Below are positions 1 to 9,170 of a stretch of 32,000 nucleotides of DNA, piece by piece. Source of the stretch: Candidatus Methylomirabilis oxygeniifera (GTDB taxonomy: Bacteria > Methylomirabilota > Methylomirabilia > Methylomirabilales > Methylomirabilaceae); the NCBI GenBank assembly GCA_000091165.1, contig FP565575.1, positions 1,590,001 through 1,622,000 on the forward strand. Reading direction: 5' to 3'. The translations under genes and the position numbers were made by a program. Every line of letters starts with the position of its first letter. The first letter of the stretch is position 1. The notes beneath the pieces are model-generated. The model saw only the letters and a list, made by a program, of their open reading frames with translations. It ran no database searches and was not told the origin of the DNA.

Positions 1-1638
1 CTCAATCTCGCCGAGGCCGCAACCCTCGCCGGACTGCCGCGGGCGCCAAACTACTACTCTCCCATCGCCGATAAAGAGCGGGCGATACGCCGCCGCAACC
101 ATGTGCTGACCCGGATGGCCGAGGAAGGGTTCATCACCAAACAGCAGGCCGCTTCCGCCCTAGCCGTCACCTTCAATGAATTCCCGTTCGAGAAAACTCG
201 AAACCTTGGCCCCTACTTCGTGGAGTATATCCGCCAGCAACTGGAAGAGAGATATGGTACGTACGCTGTCTACCATGGCGGCCTGAAGGTCTACACCACA
301 CTGAATGTCGGCGCGCAGCGGAGCGCAGAGACGGCACTGCTCGAAGGTCTCCGGGAGATCGACAAGGCCAGAGGCTTTCGCGCTCCTCGCATCCGATCCT
401 CGTCCGCCGCAGTCACCCGCAAAGGCGCCCTCTCCTACCTGATTCCAAAGGCTGGCGAGACCCTCAGCGCCACCGTCACCAAAATACTGCCGAAGGCGGT
501 CACGGTCCAGGTAGGCGGGTATCAGGGCGATATTGCGCTTGACAAAGTGCCCTGGCTGGACAGTTCGCAACCGCGCCAACAGCTTCAGCCCGGTATGGAG
601 CTAAAGGTTCAAGTGTTGCGTGTCAACACACGAACAAAGATGCTCGATCTCAGCCTCGAACAAGACCCTGAGATTGAGGGCGCCTTCCTCGCCATCGACC
701 CCGGGGATGGCGGCATCAAGGCGATGATCGGCGGGTACGACTTCGAACGATCGAAATTCAACCGTGCGGTCCAGGCCAGGCGACAGCCAGGATCGGCCTT
801 CAAACCGTTTGTCTACGCGGCAGCATTTGATCGCGGGCTTACCCCTTCTACGATCATCAATGACGCGCCCGTCAGCTACCCGATCCTTGCGGACGGCAAA
901 CGGATCGAGTGGAGTCCAGATAACTACGACCGCAAGTTTCGAGGCCCAACCACATTACGATACGGGTTGGAACACTCCATCAACGTCGTCGCGGTGAAGC
1001 TTATCGAGCGGATCGGCGTCGATTCGGTTATCGAGTTGGCCCGTAACCTTGGGATCGAGAGCACCCTCCGTCGGGAATATGCCCTGGCCCTCGGCGTCTC
1101 GGAGGTCACATTGTCGGAGCTGGTCTCAGCCTTCGGCGTCTTTGCACATTCAGGGATCCGATTTTTGCCCTACGGCATCAGAAAGGTGACGGACAACAAG
1201 GGGGCGCTCCTGGAAGAGTACATCCCGGTCGGTCAGCAGACGATGAGGGAAGAGACGGCGTTTACCGTAACCAGCGTCTTAGCTGGTGTTGTGGAGCGGG
1301 GGACCGGGTCGCGAGCGCGCGTTCTGGGAAGACCTGTCGCGGGTAAAACGGGAACGACTCAGGCGGCGACTGATGCCTGGTTTATCGGGTATACCCCTCA
1401 CCTCGTCGCAGGGGTCTGGGTCGGCTACGATACCAAGCGATCACTCGGGCCACACGAATCGGCCGCTACCCTCGCCGTACCCATCTGGACCCGCTTCATG
1501 CAACGAGCTGTTCAGGACACTCCAACAGAAGAGTTCCCAGTACCGGCAAACGCGGCACCGGCGTTGGTCAACTATGTCTCGGGACGTCCCACCACCTCTG
1601 ACGATAAAGATGCCATCAAGGAGTTTGTCTTCAGGTAG
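1..1638 (+). CDS. mrcA: Class A penicillin-binding protein (PBP1A-type), C-terminal ~545 aa; the 5' end lies outside the window
   Basis: Frame 1 is open from nt 1 (LNLAEAATLAGLPRAPNYYSP, the end of a GT51 glycosyltransferase domain). Transpeptidase motifs are SAFKP (SxxK), HSINV (SxN) and GKTGTT (KTG). Stop TAG at 1636-1638. Confidence 0.9.
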   Translation, partial: LNLAEAATLAGLPRAPNYYSPIADKERAIRRRNHVLTRMAEEGFITKQQAASALAVTFNEFPFEKTRNLGPYFVEYIRQQLEERYGTYAVYHGGLKVYTTLNVGAQRSAETALLEGLREIDKARGFRAPRIRSSSAAVTRKGALSYLIPKAGETLSATVTKILPKAVTVQVGGYQGDIALDKVPWLDSSQPRQQLQPGMELKVQVLRVNTRTKMLDLSLEQDPEIEGAFLAIDPGDGGIKAMIGGYDFERSKFNRAVQARRQPGSAFKPFVYAAAFDRGLTPSTIINDAPVSYPILADGKRIEWSPDNYDRKFRGPTTLRYGLEHSINVVAVKLIERIGVDSVIELARNLGIESTLRREYALALGVSEVTLSELVSAFGVFAHSGIRFLPYGIRKVTDNKGALLEEYIPVGQQTMREETAFTVTSVLAGVVERGTGSRARVLGRPVAGKTGTTQAATDAWFIGYTPHLVAGVWVGYDTKRSLGPHESAATLAVPIWTRFMQRAVQDTPTEEFPVPANAAPALVNYVSGRPTTSDDKDAIKEFVFR

Positions 1639-1654
1639 CACCCTTTTGGAAGCT

Positions 1655-1748
1655 GTCAGCTTTCAGCCGTCAGCACCGAGCGTAAAAGGCTGAAGGTGGA
1701 TAGCCTGAAGGCTGAAGGAAGTAGGGAACTATACCTAAAAGCCTTCAG
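1655..1748. repeat. Cluster of short intergenic repeat units (GTCAGCtTTCAGCCGTCAGC forward; GGCTGAAGG and CCTGAAGGCTGAAGG reverse; GCCTTCAG forward) between convergent genes
   Basis: The 20-mer at 1655-1674 is 19/20 identical to 12395-12414. Opposite-orientation copies at 1688-1696 and 1703-1718 can pair with the forward copies to give hairpins. Confidence 0.55.
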
Positions 1749-1779
1749 TCTAAACTCCTGATGGTTATCTTCTGTGGAG

Positions 1780-2400
1780 CTAACTCGGCCAACCGATATA
1801 TTGCCCATCCTCCCACAGTTCGACCATCCTGTTCACGATGGTCAGTCGATCTTCAAATCGTTCACTTTGTGAAAGGGCGTGATCTAATGGACCGTGATCC
1901 TGAAGGTGAGGACGGGGGAGTTCGCTGAGACTGACGTAACTCTCACGAAGCCTCGCTAGCGCTGTCTTGTTACAACGAAGCAGGTTCGAGGTGGGGACGA
2001 TCAGCGGTTTAGGATTGTCGAATAGATGGCCCCAGTGAAGGCAGTCGCGGAGATTGATTCCCGTGAGGCGACAGACCAACCGCGCAAACTCCATAAACCA
2101 CTCGGTGGTACGAGCGCATACCAGACAGCCCGGGCAGTCGTCATGAACAACCACAGGAACATAGGCTTCCGCCATCGGCCCGCCTGTCAGGATCCACTGC
2201 ACACCCTGATAATGGTGAAAGCGCAGCTTCGGTAAAGCCGTCTTACTTCGACCACGAATCGACTCGTGTCGGCCCGCACGAACAGGCGCGACCGACCGTC
2301 TCTCACGAACAACAGCCAACAACGAGGTCGGTGGAACCTCTCTTGTCCGTTCGGCTCCATCCCCCAATTTCTTCACTATGCTGCCGCGTATCTTCTCCAT
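1780..2400 (-). CDS. Hypothetical protein (206 aa as drawn; the real start may be the internal MAEAYV.. methionine)
   Basis: Long ORF with no competing ORF. The C-terminal two thirds look protein-like (VVVHDDCPGCLVCARTTEWFMEF.., LHWGHLF). The N-terminal 75 aa are Arg-rich and low complexity. There is no clear SD at 2400. I recognise no family. Confidence 0.45.
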   Translation of the reverse strand: MEKIRGSIVKKLGDGAERTREVPPTSLLAVVRERRSVAPVRAGRHESIRGRSKTALPKLRFHHYQGVQWILTGGPMAEAYVPVVVHDDCPGCLVCARTTEWFMEFARLVCRLTGINLRDCLHWGHLFDNPKPLIVPTSNLLRCNKTALARLRESYVSLSELPRPHLQDHGPLDHALSQSERFEDRLTIVNRMVELWEDGQYIGWPS

Positions 2401-2513
2401 AACAGCACCGCGGTACGCTGACTGCCCGAGCCCGCACTATCCTTATCGCCGACGGTCGACATTGTCAAGACTCTCTTACACATTCTCTTCCCCATTCCTT
2501 TACGTACGCGGGG

Positions 2514-3641
2514 TCAAATCGTGCAGTCATTCCGCAAACCTTCTGAGGCGCTACGCTCACCCCACGGAAACAGGATCGTCCGAAGGGTCGTCCGTTCCTG
2601 TACCATTTCGAGCGCCTTCGGCAGCTCTATGAGCGGGAGGCGGGCAGTAATGAGCCGGGCAACCGGCACCTCGCGGCGAATGATGGCATGGACAGCGTCG
2701 GCGACATCCGCTGGAGTATGGTGATAGATCGGAACGATCCGGATCTCCTCATAATGTAACCGATACAGGTCGAGGGGAAGCACAGTGCCCTGAGCCACTC
2801 CTCCAAAGGGCACCAGTGTGCCGCCCCGACCCACCAGTTCAAACGCGTCCTGATGCGCCTGCGCGCTCCCCACCGCCTCAATCACGACATCGGCCCGTTC
2901 AACGCCAAGCGCCGTTCGCACGCTCGCGTTCTCCGGCCCTCCGGCGGTGTTCAACGCCGCATCCGCGCCGAAGCTCTTTGCCAGAGCCAGACGATCCTCA
3001 TGATGATCCACGCTGAGGAGACGAATCGACTGCCCATAACGATTGCGCAGGACGGCGATGAACATCAGGCCGATCGGTCCGGCCCCCACGATAACGACAC
3101 AATCTCCGCCGGAGATCTGCACGCGACGAACAGCGTGCATGACGCAGGCGAGCGGCTCAGCCAGGGCCGCTTCCTCAAAGGGAACCTGCGCGGGTAACTC
3201 ATACAGGTTCACCTCTGCGATCCGTCCGGGGACACGAATGTAGGGGGCGAAGGCGCCGTTGTTGTACAGAAGTCGTTCGCACATACCCTGACGACCGCGC
3301 CGGCACGCGCGACACCGGGCCGACGGTTCCGGATCGGTGCAGGGAGCCGAGTTCGCGGCGACCACCCGCATTCCCGGCTGCCACCGAATATCCGCCTGCT
3401 CCCCCCGCGCTGCCACAACCCCGGCCCACTCGTGCCCGAAGAGCCCGGGGATCGTAATCATCGGGTGCGATCCACGCAGATAGACCTTCCGGTCCGTAAA
3501 ATCAATAGAGGCGGCCTCGACTCTGGCCAGGAGATCCTTCGGGCCTATCGGAGGAATCGGCACCTCCTCCAACCGCACATCTCCCGGACCATGAAGCACC
3601 GCCGCTGCCATCGTCCGATTCAGGATCTCAACGGGAATCAT
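2514..3641 (-). CDS. Zn-dependent alcohol/polyol dehydrogenase (MDR superfamily)
   Basis: GHEWAGVV motif, Cys-rich loop CRACRRGRQGMC and Rossmann motif VVIVGAGPIGL. The ATG at 3641 overlaps the upstream stop as ATGA. Confidence 0.85.
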   Translation of the reverse strand: MIPVEILNRTMAAAVLHGPGDVRLEEVPIPPIGPKDLLARVEAASIDFTDRKVYLRGSHPMITIPGLFGHEWAGVVAARGEQADIRWQPGMRVVAANSAPCTDPEPSARCRACRRGRQGMCERLLYNNGAFAPYIRVPGRIAEVNLYELPAQVPFEEAALAEPLACVMHAVRRVQISGGDCVVIVGAGPIGLMFIAVLRNRYGQSIRLLSVDHHEDRLALAKSFGADAALNTAGGPENASVRTALGVERADVVIEAVGSAQAHQDAFELVGRGGTLVPFGGVAQGTVLPLDLYRLHYEEIRIVPIYHHTPADVADAVHAIIRREVPVARLITARLPLIELPKALEMVQERTTLRTILFPWGERSASEGLRNDCTI

Positions 3642-4678
3642 GCCGCGCCCGCTCCGTGTGCGTAAAACACGATCTTAGTGGCCTGCCCTTCTCGCTGGAG
3701 GCGTGCGCCCTCAGCGAACCGACTCAGGTCGAAGCGATGGCTGATAAGGGGGGCGGTCCGGATCCGTCTGGAGGCCAGGAGTCGAATCGCTTCTTTCAGT
3801 TCCACCGGCGTAGACGAATAGGTTGCCGTAAGAGACAGCTCCCGTCGGTAAAAGATACCAAGATCGATCGTCATGCGTCCGGCCTCACCGGCATCGGCAA
3901 ACAGGTTGATCGTTCCGCCGGCTCGTAGGGCGCCCAGCGCCGCTTCCACCATCGACGCGTTGACCGCAGTCAGAATAGCCCCATCGATCCCGTCCTCTTC
4001 AGTGACCGAGCGAAGCGCGCTTCGCGGATCCGCGCCGGCCACATTCAGGGTCGTCTCAATGTCGAGCGTTCGAGCCAATTCCAGGCGCTCCTCGCGAATA
4101 TCCACACAGATCGGCCTCGCGCCGAATACGGCAACGGCCTGCGCGACCAGCAACCCCATACCTCCCGCGCCGACCACCACGATCTGATCTCCAGCCTGCA
4201 CATCGGATCGCTTCACCGCCCGCAATGCGCAGGCCAACGGCTCCATAAAGATGCCGACGTCGTCCGGGAGTCTCTCAGGAAGCGCAAAAGCCGTCTGCGC
4301 GACATGCAGGGCTGGAATTCGGACATACTCGGCGAAACCGCCCGGATCGATGTTGGTCGCTTTGAACTGGGGGCACATCGAGTCGTTGCCGTGGCGACAG
4401 TAACGGCACCGGCCACACGGAACATGGTGCGCAATGGCCAGACGATCACCGAGGGCAAATCGCTGCATCCCCTCGCCAACCGCCTTGACCACCCCTACCA
4501 GCTCGTGGCCCAGCGGAACAGGCGGCTTCAACGGCGTCCCACCAAAGATCTTCCCCAAGTCGGAACCGCACAGGCCGCATGCCCGCATCTCCAGCAGCAG
4601 TTCCCCCGGTCCGACGGATGGAATCGGCAGCTCCGTCAGCTCAACGACCCCGGTTTCCAGCAGACGAATCGCTTTCAT
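3638..4678 (-). CDS. Zn-dependent dehydrogenase (MDR superfamily, threonine/sorbitol dehydrogenase-like)
   Basis: CGLCGSDL, GHELVGVV, structural-Zn loop CGRCRYCRHGNDSMC and VVVGAGGMGL. I chose the ATG at 4678 (MKAIRLLE..), 7 nt after the DUF971 stop. The ORF track begins at the GTG at 4720. Confidence 0.85.
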   Translation of the reverse strand: MKAIRLLETGVVELTELPIPSVGPGELLLEMRACGLCGSDLGKIFGGTPLKPPVPLGHELVGVVKAVGEGMQRFALGDRLAIAHHVPCGRCRYCRHGNDSMCPQFKATNIDPGGFAEYVRIPALHVAQTAFALPERLPDDVGIFMEPLACALRAVKRSDVQAGDQIVVVGAGGMGLLVAQAVAVFGARPICVDIREERLELARTLDIETTLNVAGADPRSALRSVTEEDGIDGAILTAVNASMVEAALGALRAGGTINLFADAGEAGRMTIDLGIFYRRELSLTATYSSTPVELKEAIRLLASRRIRTAPLISHRFDLSRFAEGARLQREGQATKIVFYAHGAGAA

Positions 4679-4685
4679 CCGATCG

Positions 4686-5048
4686 CTACTGCGCTGCTTC
4701 GGCGCCGACGCATTGTTCACAGGGGCAGTTCACCCGTAGAGATTCATACGTATAGATGCCGGTGTCGTGCCCATCGCTCCAGGTAAAGTTCAGCGCGTAC
4801 CAACCCACAGGGCGATAGCTGGTAATCTGCACCTCGCCAGGCTTCAGGACCGGACCGCTGAGAACCAGGAGCTCTCTACTGTTGAGCCTCTTGCTCCTCG
4901 CATCACTGCAAGAGGCGCATGGGCAGTCGCGCCGAAGATCATCGAACCGGTATACGCTGCGATGTTCGTCGCGCCATGTAATGATCAGGCTCCGCTCCTG
5001 CCGGTCAACGATCACCTCGGCCGGATCAGACGATCGCGTCTGTATCAT
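4686..5048 (-). CDS. DUF971 protein (gamma-butyrobetaine hydroxylase-like N-terminal domain family)
   Basis: Duplicated motif: ITWRDEHRSVYRFDDLRRDCPCASC and FTWSDGHDTGIYTYESLRVNCPCEQC. Confidence 0.75.
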   Translation of the reverse strand: MIQTRSSDPAEVIVDRQERSLIITWRDEHRSVYRFDDLRRDCPCASCSDARSKRLNSRELLVLSGPVLKPGEVQITSYRPVGWYALNFTWSDGHDTGIYTYESLRVNCPCEQCVGAEAAQ

Positions 5049-5058
5049 CGCTCGTCCA

Positions 5059-5394
5059 CTAGCCCTGAACTCTATCTATACCGCCGGGAAATACACGCTG
5101 TTGTCTGACTACTCGACCTCGAGAGATCGCCCGGAGGAGCAACTGCCCCTCATCGGTCCCCTGTTCGAGGTGAGGGATCAGGTCTCCATAGCGGATCACC
5201 ATCTCTCCTATCCTCACGAACACCTGATTTTGGTCGATCTTGTACCGCTCAATCCACCGCTTCACCTCAGCGATAGCCTCCTCCTTCGTCAATAGCGGGG
5301 GCTCACTCTCCTCAGTATTGGTCGGGATTGGCTCGCTATCCTTACGCTCCGACTCGTCAGCCACAACTTTCACCCCACTTTCGCCGACAGGCAT
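5059..5394 (-). CDS. Small hypothetical protein (about 101-111 aa)
   Basis: ORF between folD and the DUF971 gene on the same strand. The ATG at 5394 overlaps folD by 38 nt. The alternative GTG at 5364 overlaps the folD stop as GTGGCTGA and has GGGGTGA a few nt upstream. I recognise no family. Confidence 0.45.
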   Translation of the reverse strand: MPVGESGVKVVADESERKDSEPIPTNTEESEPPLLTKEEAIAEVKRWIERYKIDQNQVFVRIGEMVIRYGDLIPHLEQGTDEGQLLLRAISRGRVVRQQRVFPGGIDRVQG

Positions 5395-6223
5395 CCACCG
5401 TATTCTTTAAGAGCATGGCGACCGTCATCGGGCCGACGCCGCCCGGCACGGGCGTGATCAGCGAGGCCTTTTCCGCGACCTCCGGAAAGTCCACATCCCC
5501 CACCACCCTGCCGTCCGTCAGGCGATTCACACCGACATCGATCACCACGGCTCCATCTTTCACCATCGAGCCGGTCACTAAACCCGGTTTCCCTGCCGCC
5601 ACAACCAGGATGTCGGCCTGTCTGGTATGAGCGGCAAGATCGCGGGTCTTAATGTGGCAGATGGTGACGGTCGCGTGGTGTTGCAGCAGCAGAAACGCCG
5701 TCGGTTTGCCGACCACCACACTCCAGCCGACAATGACGGCATGCTTCCCCTCGATACCCACATTCGATCGATTCAGCAGTTCAAGAATACCAAGCGGCGT
5801 AGACGCCACAAAGAGGGGTTTCCCGACGAGCAATCCGCCGAGGTTCGCGGGGTGAAATCCGTCCACATCCTTTTCCGGGAGGATCGTTTCCAGGACTCGC
5901 TTTTCGCTGATGTGGGCCGGAAGCGGAAGCTGGACGAGAATAGCGTGCACGGTAGGGTCGCTGTTCAGGCGCGTGATTTCCTGAAGAAGCCACGCTTCCG
6001 GAAGATCGGCCGGCAGATCGATGCGCACCGAGGTAATCCCGACTTCCTTACACGCTCTGGCCTTATTCTGCACGTAGGTTGCCGAAGCCGGGTCATTCCC
6101 GACCAGGATCGCCGCCAGGCAGGGCACCACTCCGGTCTGCGCAGCCATTGCCGCGATGTCGAGTCGGACTTCCCGCCGAATCTCCGCCGCAATAGCCTTG
6201 CCGTCGATGAGTCGTGCGGACAT
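5357..6223 (-). CDS. folD: Bifunctional methylenetetrahydrofolate dehydrogenase / methenyl-THF cyclohydrolase
   Basis: 288 aa. MSARLIDGKAIAAEIR.., ..ILVQLPLP.., ..PGGVGPMTVAMLL.. are typical FolD motifs. Confidence 0.95.
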   Translation of the reverse strand: MSARLIDGKAIAAEIRREVRLDIAAMAAQTGVVPCLAAILVGNDPASATYVQNKARACKEVGITSVRIDLPADLPEAWLLQEITRLNSDPTVHAILVQLPLPAHISEKRVLETILPEKDVDGFHPANLGGLLVGKPLFVASTPLGILELLNRSNVGIEGKHAVIVGWSVVVGKPTAFLLLQHHATVTICHIKTRDLAAHTRQADILVVAAGKPGLVTGSMVKDGAVVIDVGVNRLTDGRVVGDVDFPEVAEKASLITPVPGGVGPMTVAMLLKNTVDACRRKWGESCG

Positions 6224-6232
6224 GCGACCGCC

Positions 6233-7009
6233 TCAGGGCTCCCGTTGAATCCGAAGGATTGAGGTGGAGCGACCTGTCCGTTCGTCGATCTCCACCACGA
6301 CTCCGCACAATCGAGGCGCCCCGGTAGCGGGTCGGTACTGCTTCGGAAGACCGGAGAGAAACTTCGCGATCGGCGCCTCAATACCCATCCCGATGACCGA
6401 GTCGTGCCCACCCGTCATCCCGACATCAGTGAGAAGCGCCGTCCCTCCTGGAAGGATCCGCTCATCAGCGGTCTGGACATGCGTGTGAGAGCCGATCATC
6501 GCCGATACCCGCCCGTCGACGTACCAGGCAAAGGCCTGTTTCTCCGCCGTCGCCTCGCCATGAAAATCGACGAAGATCAGCGTGGTCTCTCGACGCAGCC
6601 GGCCTATCTCACGGTCACCTACTCGGAACGGACAATCAAGCGCAGGCATAAATGCCCGCCCCTGCAGATTGAGCACGCCGACGAGACAGCCGCCTTTGTC
6701 CACCACCAGGCTTCCCCTGCCCGGCGCCGGATCGGGGTAGTTGGCCGGTCGCAGGAGCCGCTCCTCCTTTGCGATATACTCCTCGACCTCCTTCTTATCC
6801 CAGACGTGGTTCCCTGAGGTCAGGAGATCGACGCCAAGCACAAACAGCTCTTGCGCCATTGCGCCGGTGACACCGAAGCCACCGGCCAGGTTTTCGCCGT
6901 TCGCAATGACGAGGTCGATCTTCTGCTCCTCGGTCAGGCGCGGCAATACGGACGCCACAATCTCACGACCGGGCTTGCCGATAATGTCACCAATGAAGAG
7001 TATCCGCAT
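6233..7009 (-). CDS. ymdB: YmdB-family metallophosphoesterase (TIGR00282 type)
   Basis: MRILFIGDIIGKPGR, NGENLAGGFG, GNHVWD and GSHTHVQTAD. It lies directly downstream of rny, as rny-ymdB does in Bacillus. Confidence 0.9.
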   Translation of the reverse strand: MRILFIGDIIGKPGREIVASVLPRLTEEQKIDLVIANGENLAGGFGVTGAMAQELFVLGVDLLTSGNHVWDKKEVEEYIAKEERLLRPANYPDPAPGRGSLVVDKGGCLVGVLNLQGRAFMPALDCPFRVGDREIGRLRRETTLIFVDFHGEATAEKQAFAWYVDGRVSAMIGSHTHVQTADERILPGGTALLTDVGMTGGHDSVIGMGIEAPIAKFLSGLPKQYRPATGAPRLCGVVVEIDERTGRSTSILRIQREP

Positions 7010-7080
7010 GGCTTAGTATTTCGGGTTTCGCGATGAACTACCCCGCAGCAAGCTGCAGGGTATCGTCTTCTGTTCTGGCC

Positions 7081-7146
7081 CGTCATTCCGTACTTGATAC
7101 GGAATCCAGTCGGACCCTCTGGATACCGGCTTCCGCCGGTATGACG
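7081..7146. repeat. 66-nt palindromic element that folds as a perfect four-way junction (four 6-bp helices, no unpaired junction nucleotides)
   Basis: CGTCAT (7081-7086) pairs with ATGACG (7141-7146). The three hairpins are TCCGTA-cttga-TACGGA (7087-7103), ATCCAG-tcggaccct-CTGGAT (7104-7124) and ACCGGC-ttcc-GCCGGT (7125-7140). Coordinates were verified against ORF-track codons. Confidence 0.65.
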
Positions 7147-7240
7147 AACTCGCGGCAAGCCGCGGGGAATGAACCCCCCCCGTGGATTCAACACTGACCG
7201 AATCGAAGCTTCGGCTCGACACTCTGAACTCGAAACATTG

Positions 7241-8806
7241 CTATTTCGCGTACTCCACGGCCCTGGTCTCGCGGATCACGGTCACCTTGATATGACCGGG
7301 GTACTGTAGCTCCTCTTCAATTCGCTTTGCGATATCCCGCGCAAGCTGATATGCCTGTACATCCGATACCTCACCGCTTTCAACAATGATACGCACCTCA
7401 CGTCCGGCTTGAACCGCATAGGTCTTGCTCACGCCGGCAAAGGAGTTCGCGATCTTCTCCAAGCCTTCCAGCCGTTTGACGTAGCTTTCCAACAGTTCAC
7501 GTCTGGCCCCGGGCCTGGCCGCCGAAAGCGTATCGGCAATCTGAAGCACGACGGCCTCCAGACAGGTGATCTCTACGTCCTCATGATGGGCGGCAATCGC
7601 GTTCACCACCCTCGCGTGCTCGCCGTACTTCTTGGCCAACTCAGCAGAAATGGAGACATGAGTTCCTTCCATGTTGACGTCGGCCGACTTCCCGATATCG
7701 TGGAGTAAACCAGCCCGCTTGGCAATCCTGACATCGAGGCCCAACTCAGCCGCCATGACGCCGGCCAGTTGTGCGACCTCTATCGTATGCTGAAGCTGAT
7801 TCTGCGAATAGCTGGTCCGGTACTTGAGTCGCCCGACCAGGCGCACCAATTCGGGGTGGAGGTTGCTGATCCCCACCTCGAAGGTCGTTCGTTCACCGGT
7901 TTTCCTGATGTCGTCATCGATCTCGCCCTTCACCTTCTCCACTATTTCTTCGATGCGCGCCGGATGAATCCTCCCATCCGTGATAAGGCGTTGCAGTGAC
8001 TCCTTGGCGATCGCTCGCCGGATCGGATCGAAGCCGGACAGGATCACTGCCTCGGGGGTATCATCTACGATCACATCAATCCCCGTTGCTCGCTCAAAAG
8101 CCCGGATGTTGCGTCCCTCCCGACCGATGATCCGGCCCTTCATCTCATCGTTCGGCAGATCCACCACAGAGACCGTTGACTCCATGATGAACTCCGACGC
8201 GCACTTATCGACGGCAATAGTCAGGATCTCTTTCGCCTTCGCGTCTGCCGTCGCCCGCGCCTCATCCTCAAGCCGTTTGAATAAGGCAATCGACTCGATT
8301 CTCGCGTCCTGTTCCAGATTCTGGAGCAGAATCTTCCTGGCCTCTTCGGCGGTGAGTCCCGAGATACGCTCCAGTTGTCGCTGCGCATCATCCATCAACT
8401 GAGCGCACCGGGTCTCTTTCTCGGCGGCAGCCTGCTCCCTGTTGCCGAGATCTCTGGCCTGTGAATCCAGTTCACGGTCCCGTCGTTCCAACTGCTCCAG
8501 CCTTCGTTCGAGGACCTCTTCCTTCTGGTTCAACTGGCGCTGCGCGCTGTCGATCTCCTGGCGACGACTCTTGGTTTCCCGCTCCAGGTCGGCCTTTGCT
8601 TGAATAGCAAGTTCCTTGGCCTCAAGCTCAGCCCCGCGAACCTTCGTTTCCGCCTCTTTCTCGGCCTCGGTCAGGATGCGCTTAGCCAAGGTCTCTGCTT
8701 CGGCGACCTTACTTTCAACGACCTGTTTTCTAAGCAGGTATCCGACGATAACACTTGCAACCGCCACGACCAGAACGATCGCTAGCTGATCAAGTCCAAT
8801 TGCCAA
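7241..8806 (-). CDS. rny: Ribonuclease Y
   Basis: N-terminal TM helix ([16 protein letters not shown]), long coiled coil, KH motif [15 protein letters not shown] and HD motif LLHDIGK. I chose the TTG at 8806 because AAGGAGGTG lies 8 nt upstream. The ORF track starts at the TTG at 8851. Confidence 0.93.
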   Translation of the reverse strand: MAIGLDQLAIVLVVAVASVIVGYLLRKQVVESKVAEAETLAKRILTEAEKEAETKVRGAELEAKELAIQAKADLERETKSRRQEIDSAQRQLNQKEEVLERRLEQLERRDRELDSQARDLGNREQAAAEKETRCAQLMDDAQRQLERISGLTAEEARKILLQNLEQDARIESIALFKRLEDEARATADAKAKEILTIAVDKCASEFIMESTVSVVDLPNDEMKGRIIGREGRNIRAFERATGIDVIVDDTPEAVILSGFDPIRRAIAKESLQRLITDGRIHPARIEEIVEKVKGEIDDDIRKTGERTTFEVGISNLHPELVRLVGRLKYRTSYSQNQLQHTIEVAQLAGVMAAELGLDVRIAKRAGLLHDIGKSADVNMEGTHVSISAELAKKYGEHARVVNAIAAHHEDVEITCLEAVVLQIADTLSAARPGARRELLESYVKRLEGLEKIANSFAGVSKTYAVQAGREVRIIVESGEVSDVQAYQLARDIAKRIEEELQYPGHIKVTVIRETRAVEYAK

Positions 8807-8974
8807 CGGAGGTCCACCTCCTTCCACGCTTCTTATGCCAACGCCATTCAATATATGGCTGGAAATACAACAAGAGGATCGCTATGTAAAATTAGATAAC
8901 GCCTTCGGATCGAGGCGAGAGGGGTACGAAAGGTGAGCGGCCCTGATAACGGGTGAGTACGCGATAGGGGAGGA

Positions 8975-9170
8975 AGGGAGAACCCCCTGCCTTTGTGCCG
9001 TTTGAGGGGTGAGGTTTGAACCTGGCTAACCAGGTGGCTGCCCGGGCAACGCTTCAGGCTCTCCCCACCTAAGTGGGGCTATGCACACCACGCTGCGAAG
9101 AGGGCCCCCGTTGTTTTCTGTTGGTTCAAAAAACGCACCCTCATCACGAACACGGCAGGGGGTCTCGCTG
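8975..9170 (-). ncRNA. ssrS: Candidate 6S RNA (about 190 nt irregular rod-like hairpin)
   Basis: Long-range pairings: 8983-8991 CCCCCTGCC with 9154-9162 GGCAGGGGG; 9003-9008 with 9138-9143; 9015-9022 TTTGAACC with 9123-9130 GGTTCAAA. There is a terminal hairpin CCCCAC..GTGGGG (9063-9078). On the minus strand a small hairpin CCUGGUUAGCCAGG is followed by UUCAAA, resembling the 3' bubble hairpin of E. coli 6S. It lies directly downstream of zapA, as in E. coli. Confidence 0.45.

Noticed and set aside
5357-5394. The 38-nt overlap between folD and the downstream small ORF, considered as a possible recoding or coupling signal.
   Set aside because: It is most simply a start-codon ambiguity. The GTG at 5364 gives an ordinary 8-nt stop/start overlap.
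6934-7222. ORFs 6934..7194 and 7013..7222 (minus strand) in the rny-ymdB spacer.
   Set aside because: They are translations of the palindromic repeat elements. One also overlaps the ymdB start. Peptides of this type are known spurious products of such repeats.
7172-7262. An apparent 1-nt mismatch between my hand reading and the ORF track. Track peptides need eight C at about 7174-7181 and GGCCCT at about 7259-7264, whereas I count seven C and GGCCCCT.
   Set aside because: The two differences cancel, and everything outside this stretch is in register with the track. I therefore treat it as my own counting error in a homopolymer, not biology. Coordinates quoted between 7181 and 7260 may be off by one.
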